Below are positions 38,249 to 49,789 of a stretch of 64,000 nucleotides of DNA, in pieces. The notes beneath the pieces are model-generated. The model saw only the letters and a program-made list of their open reading frames with translations. It was not told the DNA's origin and ran no database searches. The stretch's first letter is position 1. The number at the start of each line of letters is the position of its first letter. Position numbers and translations under genes: made by a program. The DNA comes from Mobula hypostoma (lineage: Eukaryota): assembly GCF_963921235.1 (NCBI RefSeq), contig NC_086097.1, positions 148,120,001 through 148,184,000 on the forward strand, in the 5' to 3' direction.

Positions 38249-39231
38249 TAAATATTTCCATCCACTATTTGTTTTTGAGAGCATGAATTTCTGTTAAACT
38301 TTGGCCTTCACGTGCCTGTAAAGCTGTTTCATTTCTCTTGCTGCCTGGTTCAATGATTCCATTTAATATCAGGGAATATATACAGTATACAACCTGAAAT
38401 TCTTATTCTTTGCAGGCATCCACAAAAATAGAAGAGAACAGAACACAAAACCAGAACAGAAGGCCTGTGTGTGTGTGTACACGTGCATATTTTGGGAGAG
38501 AGCATGCTTCTGAATGTTGGTTGGATTTTTTTGGATGGTTTTGAAGTTCCTGGAAGTAAGTGATGTATAGGAGGGGGTTCTGGATTTGCTAAGACAGAAA
38601 TGTTGGAGGGAAGAAATTCTTTATGATGAGGACAAAAATGATATAGGCTGAGACAAAGGAACAGAAAGTACAAGTGGGAAAGTAGCTGAGCTAGAGGGAA
38701 ATGAGCTCGCGACACAAATAGTACATGCTGAAGAGAACGTTAGTTTAATGTTGGATTAAAGTTGCTGGTTGAAACAGAATAAGCAGTGAAAAAAGAACAG
38801 GGAAATTGAAAAGAACGATTTCTTGTATAATTGAATATTAGTGAGGTAATTGGAGCATTCCCATTTGGCAGGAGCAAATATCTTGCTGTCTAAATGGGAA
38901 GGTGTTTCTGAATCATAACAAGTCCTCATCTTGGTTGGGGTCCCTTGTGACGCCAAATGTTTGTGCTGGGAGAGAAGCTCATCTGGATGTAAAGAGAAAG
39001 GCAATTAATTTTCTCATGTCAGCTTTTCCTTTGAGGACTCATAGATTTTATCTGTGTTGGCATCTGAAACTTGTAACATCAGAAGTAGATTGTTTCCCAA
39101 GTATAGTTAGGGGTGGTGGTGGGGATGAGGTGCAGGAATAGGTGGGGATGGAGTTCAATGGAGCTGATAATAAGCCTTTTAGCATTTCTGCTAGTGTAGT
39201 TAATGCAGCTCAGCCATTAAGGGTTTAACAA

Positions 39232-39393
39232 CACAAGAGATTCTGCAGATGCTGGAAATCCAAAGCAACACACTCAAAATGCTGGAGGAACTTGGCAGGT
39301 CCTAATAAAGGTCCTCGGCCCAAAATGTCAACTGTGTATTCCTCATACTGACTGACCTGCTGAGTTTCCCCAGCACTTTGTGTGTGTTGCTAC
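39232..39393. mobile_element. Head-to-head PLE terminal-repeat unit with 11 bp TSD
   Basis: GGGTTTAACAA at 39221-39231 and 39394-39404; inverted PLE tails inside. Confidence 0.8.
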
Positions 39394-39949
39394 GGGTTTA
39401 ACAATACATCAGTTAGTGATAGATTAAGGATATTTACTCAGGGAGGACCCATTTGGTCAACTACAATCTCATTTGGTTAAAGGTAAAGGAAAATCTTGTG
39501 CTCTTTTTTTCCCACTTGGATAGCTTTTAGTTAACAAGATGTCTTAAGGTACTTCACGGGAGTGTTACCAAATCATACTTCAGGGTGCACTTCGAAAGCC
39601 TGGTCAAAGAGACTGGTTTAAAGAATAAAAGAAGGGAGGAGAGAAAGAAAATGTAATGGAATTCCATGGCTTTAGTAGATTATGAAGTGGTCATCATTAG
39701 TGGAACAATTAAACTTGGGCTATCACAAGTTGAGGAAAATGGGCACATCTGAAGGTTAGAGGGTAAGACAGCTAAAAGATCCAGAAGCTAGCTAGGTACA
39801 AGTTTTTTACACAAAACATAGAATGGTACAGCAAAGGAAGAGGCTTTCCAGCTCACAACATTGTGCAAAACTAATTAAATAAATGATACCAAATACATTT
39901 TGCCTGCACATCTCTCTTCTTGGAAAGGAAACTCCAGCTTGCCTTAAAG

Positions 39950-40620
39950 GAAAAGAAACAGTTTCAGGGACCACCACAGCCAGAGTTGTATTGAAAAACT
40001 TGTGGCCTAAAGACAAATTGTGGGAATAAAGAACATAGGAGTTTCAACACAAAAGTGACAACAATGACATATGTGGAAGCTTCAATGTAGCCAGGATCTA
40101 AGAAGGTTCAAACATCCAACAGTATAATCAGCTGAGAGACCAGAATGGGGTTGAGTTTATAAGAATAGTCAGTGCCAATTCAAAAGAGCACTTTGATGAA
40201 CTTTTCAACCACTACTAAATTTTTGACCTCACTTTACATCAACCACCCCTGGCCTGAGAAACAGCATTTCCTTGGGAGCACATAACATTCCCATTGAAGT
40301 TCTAAAACTCAGCAGAGGGATGAGGAAGATACCACACTAGGCATGTCTTCACCAGGGTCTTTGTCAACTGCTTCCTGCCAATGGCTGAAGAATGGCTCTC
40401 TGAATCCTGTTGAGGATTCCATCTGAAGAATAATCTTCATTGTGCAAAACTTCCAAGAGAAATGCAGGCAGCTGTCCCAACAATTATACACAGCTTTTCT
40501 TGGATATCATGAACGGTTTTGACTCCATTAATTGAAAGGGAATATGGAACATCCTTCACATCCTTCTCCAATGTAGTCATTTGCAAAAAATTGTCTCCAT
40601 TGCATCATGATGGTATGAAG
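39950..40620 (+). mobile_element. Very old RTE LINE fragment
   Basis: KEHFDELFN and QEKCRQ remnants. Confidence 0.4.
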
Positions 40621-40699
40621 ATTGTGCTCTTACCTAATGGATGCACAGCAGAGCTGATCTCATCACAGACTTGTATCAAGAAGTTCCACAACCACACTC

Positions 40700-41600
40700 A
40701 TCTTACACCTCCTTTCCTTTCAGCATTTCGAAGGGACCATTGCCTTTGTAACCCCTTGGTCCATTCTTTTATATACGCCATTCACACCCGGTCTCATAGT
40801 ATGCAGCTCTTCCTTCACAACTGATGCCATGTGTCCATCATCCTTCCGTACTCTATTTCCACTTGTCACCTCCATCTTCAATCTCTACCTACCCCTTCCC
40901 CTTCCATCTAGTTCTACCTGTCCACCATCCCCCAAACTGTCTCACTCTTCCTCTCTTCTCTTCATACTGGTAATCTTCCCTCTAAACTCTCAATCCAGAT
41001 GCAGGGGCATGCCCTGAAATGTTGGCTAACCCTTTGGCTCCATAAAGTGCTGGAAGAACTCAGCAAGTCTGGCAGCAACTATGGAGGGGAATGTTGTTGT
41101 TGTTGTTTCGAATGGCATTTGCACATATAATTGAAGTGTGGCCTGAGATGGGCAGATGCGAGTCTGTCTGTTTGGGAGCTGGGGTTGGATTGATCTTTGT
41201 CTGGCATCTTCTACACAGCCATTCTAATATGGGTGGCCCTGATGGAGGCCTTGAAGCACACAGACCTCCACACGACGTCAACGTGTTGATCCAGGTCGTG
41301 GAAGTATGGAGGGAAATAAACATTTGACCTTTCAGGCCAAGACACTTCAACAGGACTGAAAGGAAGGGGCCAGAAGACAGAAAAGAAGGCAGGCAGAAGG
41401 TAAGTTGTACAAGCTGATAGGTGAAAGGAGAGACCAGGTGAGGGAGAAGGTGGGTGAGTGGGAGAAGGGGGATTGTGAAGTGTTTTCTAGCATCTGAAGA
41501 AGTCTCTTGTGTTTATGATTTGCCTCCACAGATGCTCTTTGACCTGTTGATTTCCTCTGTCAGAATTTTGTTCCAGATTCCAGCATCTGCAGTCTCTTGT
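40700..41600. mobile_element. PLE relic plus inverted terminal repeats, interrupted by an RTE-derived SINE
   Basis: PPFLSAFRRDHCLCNPLVHS (PLE linker); terminal repeats in both orientations. Confidence 0.65.
41093..41304 (-). mobile_element. Short non-autonomous RTE-derived element with (CAA)n tail
   Basis: TSD TATGGAGGG(G/A)AAT at 41080-41092 and 41305-41317; minus-strand end gccattcgaaacaacaacaac. Confidence 0.65.
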
Positions 41601-41872
41601 GAATGCTCTCATTGAGCTATTGACCAGATACCTCTGCAAATATTGACACCATCTGGACAATCCTGGTCTCATCCTATCAAAGATATCCCAATTGTCCTAT
41701 TAATTTCCCTCTCTGCAACTTAAAACTTGATTTTACTTACCGTATACGCAGTTTTGATGTCATGTCTGACCCAACACATTAACTCTGTTTCCCTTTTCAG
41801 ATCTGCTGTCCGACTAATAGAGTGTTTTCAAAATTTTCAGTTTTTATTTAAGCTTCCCAGCATCTGTAGTTC

Positions 41873-42939
41873 TGTCATGGTCCGGTCCGTGAAGTCCACA
41901 TTCCGGTTCACGGTCCGTTCCATCGATCATTAATCCAGGTTTTCTCATTTTCCCTTGTTCGGTTGGGGTGCCTCAATTAAGGCACCTGATTCTCATTTTG
42001 GGCTGGCTACATAAATAGCTCCTGGTTTCAACTTCATCAGCTGGACTGTCCCTTCCTTCTGAAGTCTTGCTTGCAATGCTGTCAAGTTCAACTGCCAGAG
42101 CAAGAGTGGGGCCTTGCTGTGTCAAGATAGGAACAGTCTGTTGTTGTTTGGAATTGTCTTTTTGTGTCCTTGCCTTTGCTAGGTAGGTCTGGCTGTTTGC
42201 TGCTACCTTGAGTTGGAAACTGTCTCTGTGCCCTTGCCTTTACTAGGTAGGTCCAGCTGTTTGTTGCTATCTTGTGTTGGGAACTGTCTCTTTGTGTCCT
42301 TCTGCTGAGTAGGTCTGGTGGTTTGTCACTACCCTGAGTGGAGAACTGTCTCTTTGTCTTCAGTGTACTGTGTATAGAAAGAGCTTTGGTCCTGTTCCCA
42401 AGCAGGGGGTCCTGTCTCTGTGTGTTGTGTATGAGTCCTGGCCTATGTCCTGCTCCCAAGGAGGGGTCCTGGCTCTGTGTTCTGAGATTCCTGAGTTCCA
42501 AGTCCAAGGCTCTGAGGTTCCTGTCTCCCAAGACCAAGTCAAGGCTTTGTGTTCTTTTCCTGTCCATGTGTCTTGTCCAGCCCAGGAGTACCTTGCCCAG
42601 CCTGGTGCTGGAGTTCCCATGTCCTGTCCTGTACCCATATCCTGTCCTAGCCTAAACCTGGATTCCAGTTCTGAGTCAAGACCCAGGTTCCAGGTCCTTG
42701 TCCAGGCTCTAGTTCTGAGTCCCATGTCCCTAGTCCAGGCTCCTTGTTCCTAGTTACTTGTCTGGGCTTGTGTTTCTTGTTCATGTCTTAGCCCGGGCCC
42801 TGCATCCTGGTCTCATCCAGGGCCTGTGTCATTGTCTAGTGTTGTTTCTTCCTTTGCTTTCTTGTCAAACCTAGTCCTGTTCCTAGTACTTCAGTGTCTG
42901 TCTTGCATTTGGGTCTGCCACCAATGCCCCCTTATGACA
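41873..42939 (+). mobile_element. Solo LTR of about 1067 bp (Gypsy-like) with internal tandem repeats and 5 bp TSD
   Basis: TGTCAT...ATGACA termini; AGTTC at 41868-41872 and 42940-42944; TATA-like ACATAAATAG at about 42010; ~60-65 bp repeats at 42140-42360. Confidence 0.85.
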
Positions 42940-43977
42940 AGTTCTTTGATAGACAACAAGCTAATTTATAAGATAGATGACAAAAGTTGTAACTTACACC
43001 ACCTCCTGTCAGAACCAAGATTCCATTAACTTTAGTTATTCAGGTATAGTACATATTTCATATTTTTGTAAAAATTACTTCAGTGGCTGAACTTAAAATC
43101 TTTATTGACTCATTTGATGAAGCTTTAAGGGATTAATCTTTATTTTTAAAATCCACAAAACAAAATTCCCCATTTATCCTGCCTCTGCATGAGACAAATT
43201 CTGGAAACCAGATTATGTATCTTTAGAACTACCATTCACCGAGGGCAGGAGTCGATGACAAAATTTGCCATCTCTTTCACATGGCCTTCTGAGTAAAGAA
43301 ATAGAAGTTCAGGACCTCAAACTCTATGCAAAGGTCATGTTTACCAGGTGATCCTTGCTGTCCTGTAGACAAGGCTAGCACAGGGGATGCTTCATCAACA
43401 CTGCTTCAGCAAAGTACTCCAAATCCATGGGCAGGAGAGGTAAAAAATATGAACATCATCTCCCAGGCTTGCTTCTCTCACAGTGGGGTCCTAATTATAC
43501 ATGGTAATTCCACTGGGCGTGGCATGTTATTCACATGCCTAATGCCTGTATCCTGTCACTGGCAGACTACTCTGAACTCTGTTGTAGCACGTTAATACCA
43601 GAACAGAGGAAATAATTCAGAAATGTTCTCAAAATACCCCAATGATGCATGGGACACTGGTTCATTACTGTTTAAGATAGAGAATGAGAATTTCGGTTTG
43701 TACTGTGTATCTTCACTGGGAGAATAGAAAAGCCCAATGTTAATGACAAAAGGAACACACCACTTGCACCAATGAATCACCCACCTTGTTATGCAATTCT
43801 CCTTTTGGAAAGTCTGTCTTTCCCAGACTGTCATTTTTCACAACCAACAGAACAGAAATAGGAACAGGTGTTCCTTGGTGCCAAGGAACAGGCAAAGAAA
43901 ACACTGGGGGAACATAAAGTCAGTAAGCACTGATGAAGTTAGCAGAAGTTAAAACATGGATAGTAAGGTGTAGAATA

Positions 43978-44930
43978 CAATGTTTCTCAGCTGTGCGGGT
44001 GTGTGGTCATTACAGCAACTGAAATGCTCCCATGCACAAAGCCTTTGTTGCTGTTCAGCTGGAATTTTCTTTTATATAATGTTAATATAATTTTGAAATC
44101 TGCTAATATAATTGTGAAATACTTTGTAATTATGTGTTAACAAATATAATCCATAAATTTTCTAAATAATAAATGTACCACAACATTTACTTTGAAACAT
44201 TTTTGAACTTCAACTTGTTTATGTTGTCAATATTATAATACTATTACACACTGTAACAATAAACACAGAATGGAAGTCAATGGCTCATTGTTAATAAACT
44301 GCTGGTCCACAAAATGCTGATTGACAAAAAATACTCAGCTACTGTTATGAATTACGACAAAAAAGTTGCCTCAAGAATATTGCAGCAATACTGTGATTTC
44401 AAATTTGTTCTTTCTGAGGAAGTTAAGACTGAGTTTCATTTAAGACTTTCACTGATATGTTGAACTACATGTTCAGAAATGAAGAATTTAAAGAACTGTC
44501 AATTCATAACATTGTTGGAACATTTTAAGCTTCTAGTGTTGACTGCAAACATGGATTTAATCTTATTAATTCAATAAAATGTAAATTCTGAAACATACTA
44601 GAAGTGGATCATTTGGATGATCTAATTTGGATTAAGATGTATCTGTCATCTGGATGTGAAATTAATCTGGGAAGAGTGTATAGACAATGGATTTGTAAGA
44701 CAGAAAAAGTTTATGAAACATGGAAGATTTTCTTTGTGCTGAATTTCATTATACCCTTCAATTAAAAAATAAAATCAAAAATGTGATTTTTCAATTTTCT
44801 TTTAAAATATTCATAATATGCATATTACAAATACATTTAAGGTGCCATGCAGTTTAATGGCCATGTAAAAATTTCTTGCTCCAAGCAATGGTTGGTCTGT
44901 GCAGTTGTAAAAAAGTGATAGGTAATAGTG
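43978..44930 (+). mobile_element. Older hAT relic related to 30500-31840
   Basis: CAATGTT start; NEEFKELS..VGTF*ASSVDCKHGFNLINSIK..DHLDDLIWIKMYLSSG. Confidence 0.7.
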
Positions 44931-45479
44931 GTCAGATGTCTTCAAATTTTCAGAAGGATGGCCAGAATAGTATTGGGATGAAAGTGTCTGGAGCTAGCAA
45001 GGCTATAAGCGAGGATTTCTAGAGCAGATGATCAGAGACAGAGATGAAGTTGAGATGCTGTGGAAGTGGAAAGTATTTGTCTTAGCAATAATATTGGTGT
45101 GCAATCTGTATCTATTCACAGAATCAAGAATCAAACCCATTTTGCAACAGTATGAACCAATTTTTGACATGCTGGGAAGGTGGTTAAAGTTAGTAGCAGC
45201 TTGTAATAAGAATGAACACGTTAAGTTTGGTCTTCCCAATATTTGGTTGGAGGAAGATTAGAAAGATGATGACAATGAGCTACCTCTAGAATATTTATGG
45301 AAAGTGGCACTGAGCTTGAAATGTTTGTGCACATATAAATAAGTGTTAAAAATTATGAAAGCAAGCATGAAATTGCCTTGGAATATTACAATTTTGTCAA
45401 GAAGGCAAACAGATGCTCCTTTTCCTGAAAGTGACACTTCCATGTTAGATCCTATTTGCAGTCTATTATTCTCTTCCAA

Positions 45480-46240
45480 TATTTTTATTAGTTTCTGCTT
45501 TGAAAAATACAGAGTACAAGAAGCTATATATTATAAGTCAAGAGAAAGAAAAAATAAAATAGTACCAAATACATTATATTAAATATACAATTACAATCAC
45601 AAAACCCTGTATTCATAAAAATTAAGTAAAATTGTTATATTGGAATATTCATTTTTATTTGGATATATCTCCTTTCTGTGATAGGTGTAATAATGGAGAA
45701 GATTCATTAATTCACATGTTTTGGACATGTCCGAGCCTTGAAAGATATTGGAAGGAAGTATTTCAAACTTTCTCGGTACTTTTCAAAGGTTAAATTTTAA
45801 GCCTAACCCTTTGACCGCACTATTTGGTATTGTTGGAGGAAAAGACTTCATTTTGGAGATGCGTGATTTGCATATTTAGCTTTTATTTCTCTTATAGCTA
45901 GGAGGGTTCTTTTCCTTAAATGGACGGATGCTGCTCTGCCTACTCGCGCTTAATGGTTACGTGATGTTATGTCATGCTTAAATGTAGAGAAGATCCATTG
46001 TTCAGTTTTTGAATCTAGCCAAGCCTTTTATACATTGTGGGGACCATTTCTGAGTTATTTTCAAAGCCTTTGATTTGTTGTTAAAGTACAGATGGTGGCT
46101 AATAATATATTTTACTATATGATAAGGGATTTTTTTTCCCCCTTTTAACTTGCTTGTCCTGACAGCCCTGGCTTTGGTAGTGGATTTAGGTTTTTTTTCT
46201 GTATGATAAAATTATTCTATTTCAATATTGCGGTGTATTA
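45480..46240. mobile_element. L1 3' relic: ORF2 CCHC zinc knuckle on + strand, L1-like 3' UTR end on - strand
   Basis: ISPFCDRCNNGEDSLIHMFWTCPSLERYWKEVF at about 45665-45770; minus-strand AATAAAAATATT end at about 45480. Confidence 0.75.
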
Positions 46241-49200
46241 TTAAGCATAAGAACATCAGAAATAGCTCCTCAAGCTTGCTGTGGTGTTTATTCAGATCAT
46301 CTATGATCAGATTTTACCATCTACTTTCTTGCCCAAGTCCCAGAAACATTCCACAGAGGTCTTGTTCTCTGTTCTCTAGTTACCTTCTCAGGGACATTCA
46401 TGTTAGATTATTTATATGCTAGCATAGAAGAGGGCAGCCAACACTTGTGCCAAAATTGGTGTGAAGCATCCAAACCACTAGTCTTAGAAATTAAACAATA
46501 ATCATTCTGAGATATTCAACAGACCAAATATTTTCCACCAGCCTTTTGAATGCCGAGTCCCAAGGTTTGTGAACATGGGGGCTTGTGCCAGACAAATGTG
46601 TAAAATGATGTTTTCATTATAATAAGCTTCATGCGAGAGGATTAGGTCTGAATGCAGGTGAATGGGGAATGAATTAATGCTTGGGCTGCTCCAGGGCCTG
46701 GGTCACAATCAAGCACAGGAAATTGAAGCCTAGTTGATAACTGGAGGTTAGTGGCTAGGTTGGAGATTGTATTGGGTGCTTCGATTAGGGCTGAGGCTTG
46801 ATGAAGGAATAAGGTCACCAGTATGAATGAGTTGTCAAGGAATTGTGAACCAGGGCATGCAAACAGGAATTTTGGATAAGTCACTGGGTTAAAGATTCGA
46901 TAAGGAGGGTAGCAGCTAAAAGTGAATTAGAGGCTTGGGTTGAGGTGAGGGCATGTGATAAAGTGGTGATGCGGGACTGGATCTGGAATCGAGATTCAGT
47001 GATGAGTCTCTGGGATGAGCACCGGTTCAAAGAGCAGAAACAGAGCTCATGGATGAGGATCTGAGTCAAGTTCAAGTGCTGGGACTAGTGCTTGGGTTTT
47101 TGGCCACTGATAACAGAGCATGCAGTGTCACTATCAGGGATTGAAAACGGTATGGTACAGATTCAGAATAGATGGTGCTTTGGATCTGAGAATCATGGAT
47201 CAGGTCAGAAGATTCAGTGAAGGCCAGGGTATGAAACCTTCTACAGTAATGATTCTGGGAGAGGAGATCATCTAAGTTTTCTCATTTTACACTATTGCTG
47301 AAAATCAATGTCTGCCTCCATATTTTTCCAAGCAGCTACATGTGCAATGGCAGAGGAGATACAGCAATCCTGTAAAATTATAACATTTACTTTTTATTAT
47401 GGAGCAAAATGACAACAATTTCCTTACATGTCCCTCGTAACAACTCTCTGGTAAGTTTTGAGTATGAAGTTAAGTCATGCATTGAAATAGCACCACATTG
47501 AATGTGTGTCCAGTAAGAGGTACACTTAACATTTTTATGATGCCGGGGCAATACCAAAAATACTTGGAGAAACAGCCATAAGTAATGTAGCTCCTGCAAC
47601 TTACCTTACAGAACCTTTCATAATCATTCTGCAGCAATTATGTATAAATTATTGATTACTTCTTTAAAAAAAATGCACCATAAACCTATTTCATGTCTGC
47701 TTTGGAAAGCCCCCTCTTATCAGCTGCTGAATACAGAGCGTGTTACATTTTGCTTAGTGGATGAAAATTCATGGCAAAGGCACAAGGCCGATGAACACTG
47801 AAGGTCAGCAAGACTGAAAGCAGTAAAAGACTAGAGATGCATCTTGAAATTATGATTGGGAGGTCAGATTATAAGAGGAAATAAAGGTGGACAGAATGTA
47901 CTTATTAGAACAGGGCTGATCTTTCTCAGTAAGTCCACCTGATAATGATAATTGATATCGTGCACTGGGATTACCTGTGATTCAGCTCACAGGGTTTCTC
48001 AGCAGACAAGTTCCTCCAGCATTTTGTGCGGGTTGCTTGGATTTCCAGCATCTGCAGATTTTCTCTTGCATGTACAGGAACTTCTCAACTCAGTTTCCCG
48101 TGGTTAACACATGGGAGACAGAGCTGGTCCTGGTTAGCTGCATGAATACTGTGAACGCCACCTGATATTGGATTGCCTTCCATCATCCACTGTCTCTATA
48201 TGGAGAGCCCAGAAGTCACTAGATGAATGCCGTGACCTGAGTTCAGGTTTTCATTGTGTCAGCTGCACCTGGCTGGTATCAATCCTATTCTTCAGTTGGC
48301 TAGGATCTAGTCCATTGCCATGTCTGGGCTCCCTCTTGTTATATTGAAAATTGCCCGTTGTCATTAAATTGCCATTTTTTTGAGGGTGGAAACTTTGGTT
48401 GGCTGGTTATTGGCAAGTGGAGTAGCTATTGACCAGCTTGAGTTGGCACGATCAGGGACCTGTATAGCTTGCTAGGGCACTTAGTGAGCAATTAAGACAT
48501 AACCATATAGATTTGCTAATAGAGACATTTTATCCAGAGTACAGTGACATGCTTCCTTCTGCAAAGCAGATTAGTAAATCAGTTTTTTTGATAGGTTCAT
48601 GGTCACACACCAATGGCAACTTTAATTTGCTTGTACACTTTGTAAAATCTGAATTCAAAATTTTAAGCAAGTTCTTCAACCAGCAAGGGGAAATTGAAGG
48701 TCATGGTTTCTAATTATTGATTGATTTGCCAGATTTACCAGTTCTTTAATGTAACCCTTGCACTATCATCTTCTAGCTAAATCTTAAGAAATGGCCTCTA
48801 AACCTAGTAACACTGACCAATGGTGGTTGTTGCAGTAACGACCAGAAGTATGATTGTACCATGAGTGCACTAGTTTAACTTTAAACATACTTAGAAGGAC
48901 AAGACATAAAAAATATGCTGTTCACATACCTACACATCCTTATTGTGCTTGTTGATTATTAGGGAAGGAATATTACCCATTGTCCCACTCATGAGCATGC
49001 TCCTGATGATCTACTTGATTACTACGGCCAATACTGAATATTCCATCCTGTAACTGGGTTGTGATTCTTTTATCACTTTTAGTGGAATGGCAAATAAAAC
49101 ACATACCCTAAAATGAAATTTATGAGTAGGCTGTATTGATTTCAGAACAGATTCACCTTGAGTACCCTGCCAATGTGTGCTTATTGCAGTACTCAACTAA

Positions 49201-49789
49201 GACAATAATATTTGTTCTACTCCATCTTGGAGTTTCATATTGATGAGGAAGTTGTGAGAAGAAAAACTAAAACCAATCTAAAATACTTGATAGGTGATTA
49301 TTGAATCTGTATTTGACATAAAGCTCCTGCTATTTGTCTGCAAATTCCTCCCTGGTCAGCAAATTGTACTCTGCTAGCAAAATTTAGTTTTATTGACAGG
49401 AATAGATGCTGATACATTTCACTCTAGCCTGGCTGACTAGGAATGAATTTCTAGGCAATTATTTTTCCAGGAGGTAATTGTAGTCTTCCTCTAAAATGTA
49501 ATAGTATAATACTGTTTTCCCCCCATAATTAAACGCAAATAGCAATCTTTTCTGGGTTATTTTCAATCACTGGAAATTTGAACAGGGAACTTCCAGTTTG
49601 ACTCACCCTGGTGTAATTGATAACATTTCTACATCATGTCACTCCTAATATAATTAATTATCTTCATCCATTTTGGTCTTGCCCCAACCCATGACCCCCC
49701 ACAAACTGCAAAGACCATCTTTCCTATCCTCTCCCCAATCCTGAACATAATCCTGCCCTTCCAATCACACAGTTCCCAGACCATGTCAT

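Noticed and set aside
42088..42753. Four overlapping 105-159 aa ORFs, or a CRISPR-like array
   Set aside because: Degenerate tandem repeats inside a solo LTR; no unique spacers, and the context is eukaryotic
46640..47240. G/T-skewed stretch
   Set aside because: Low complexity with no definable repeat unit or coding signal
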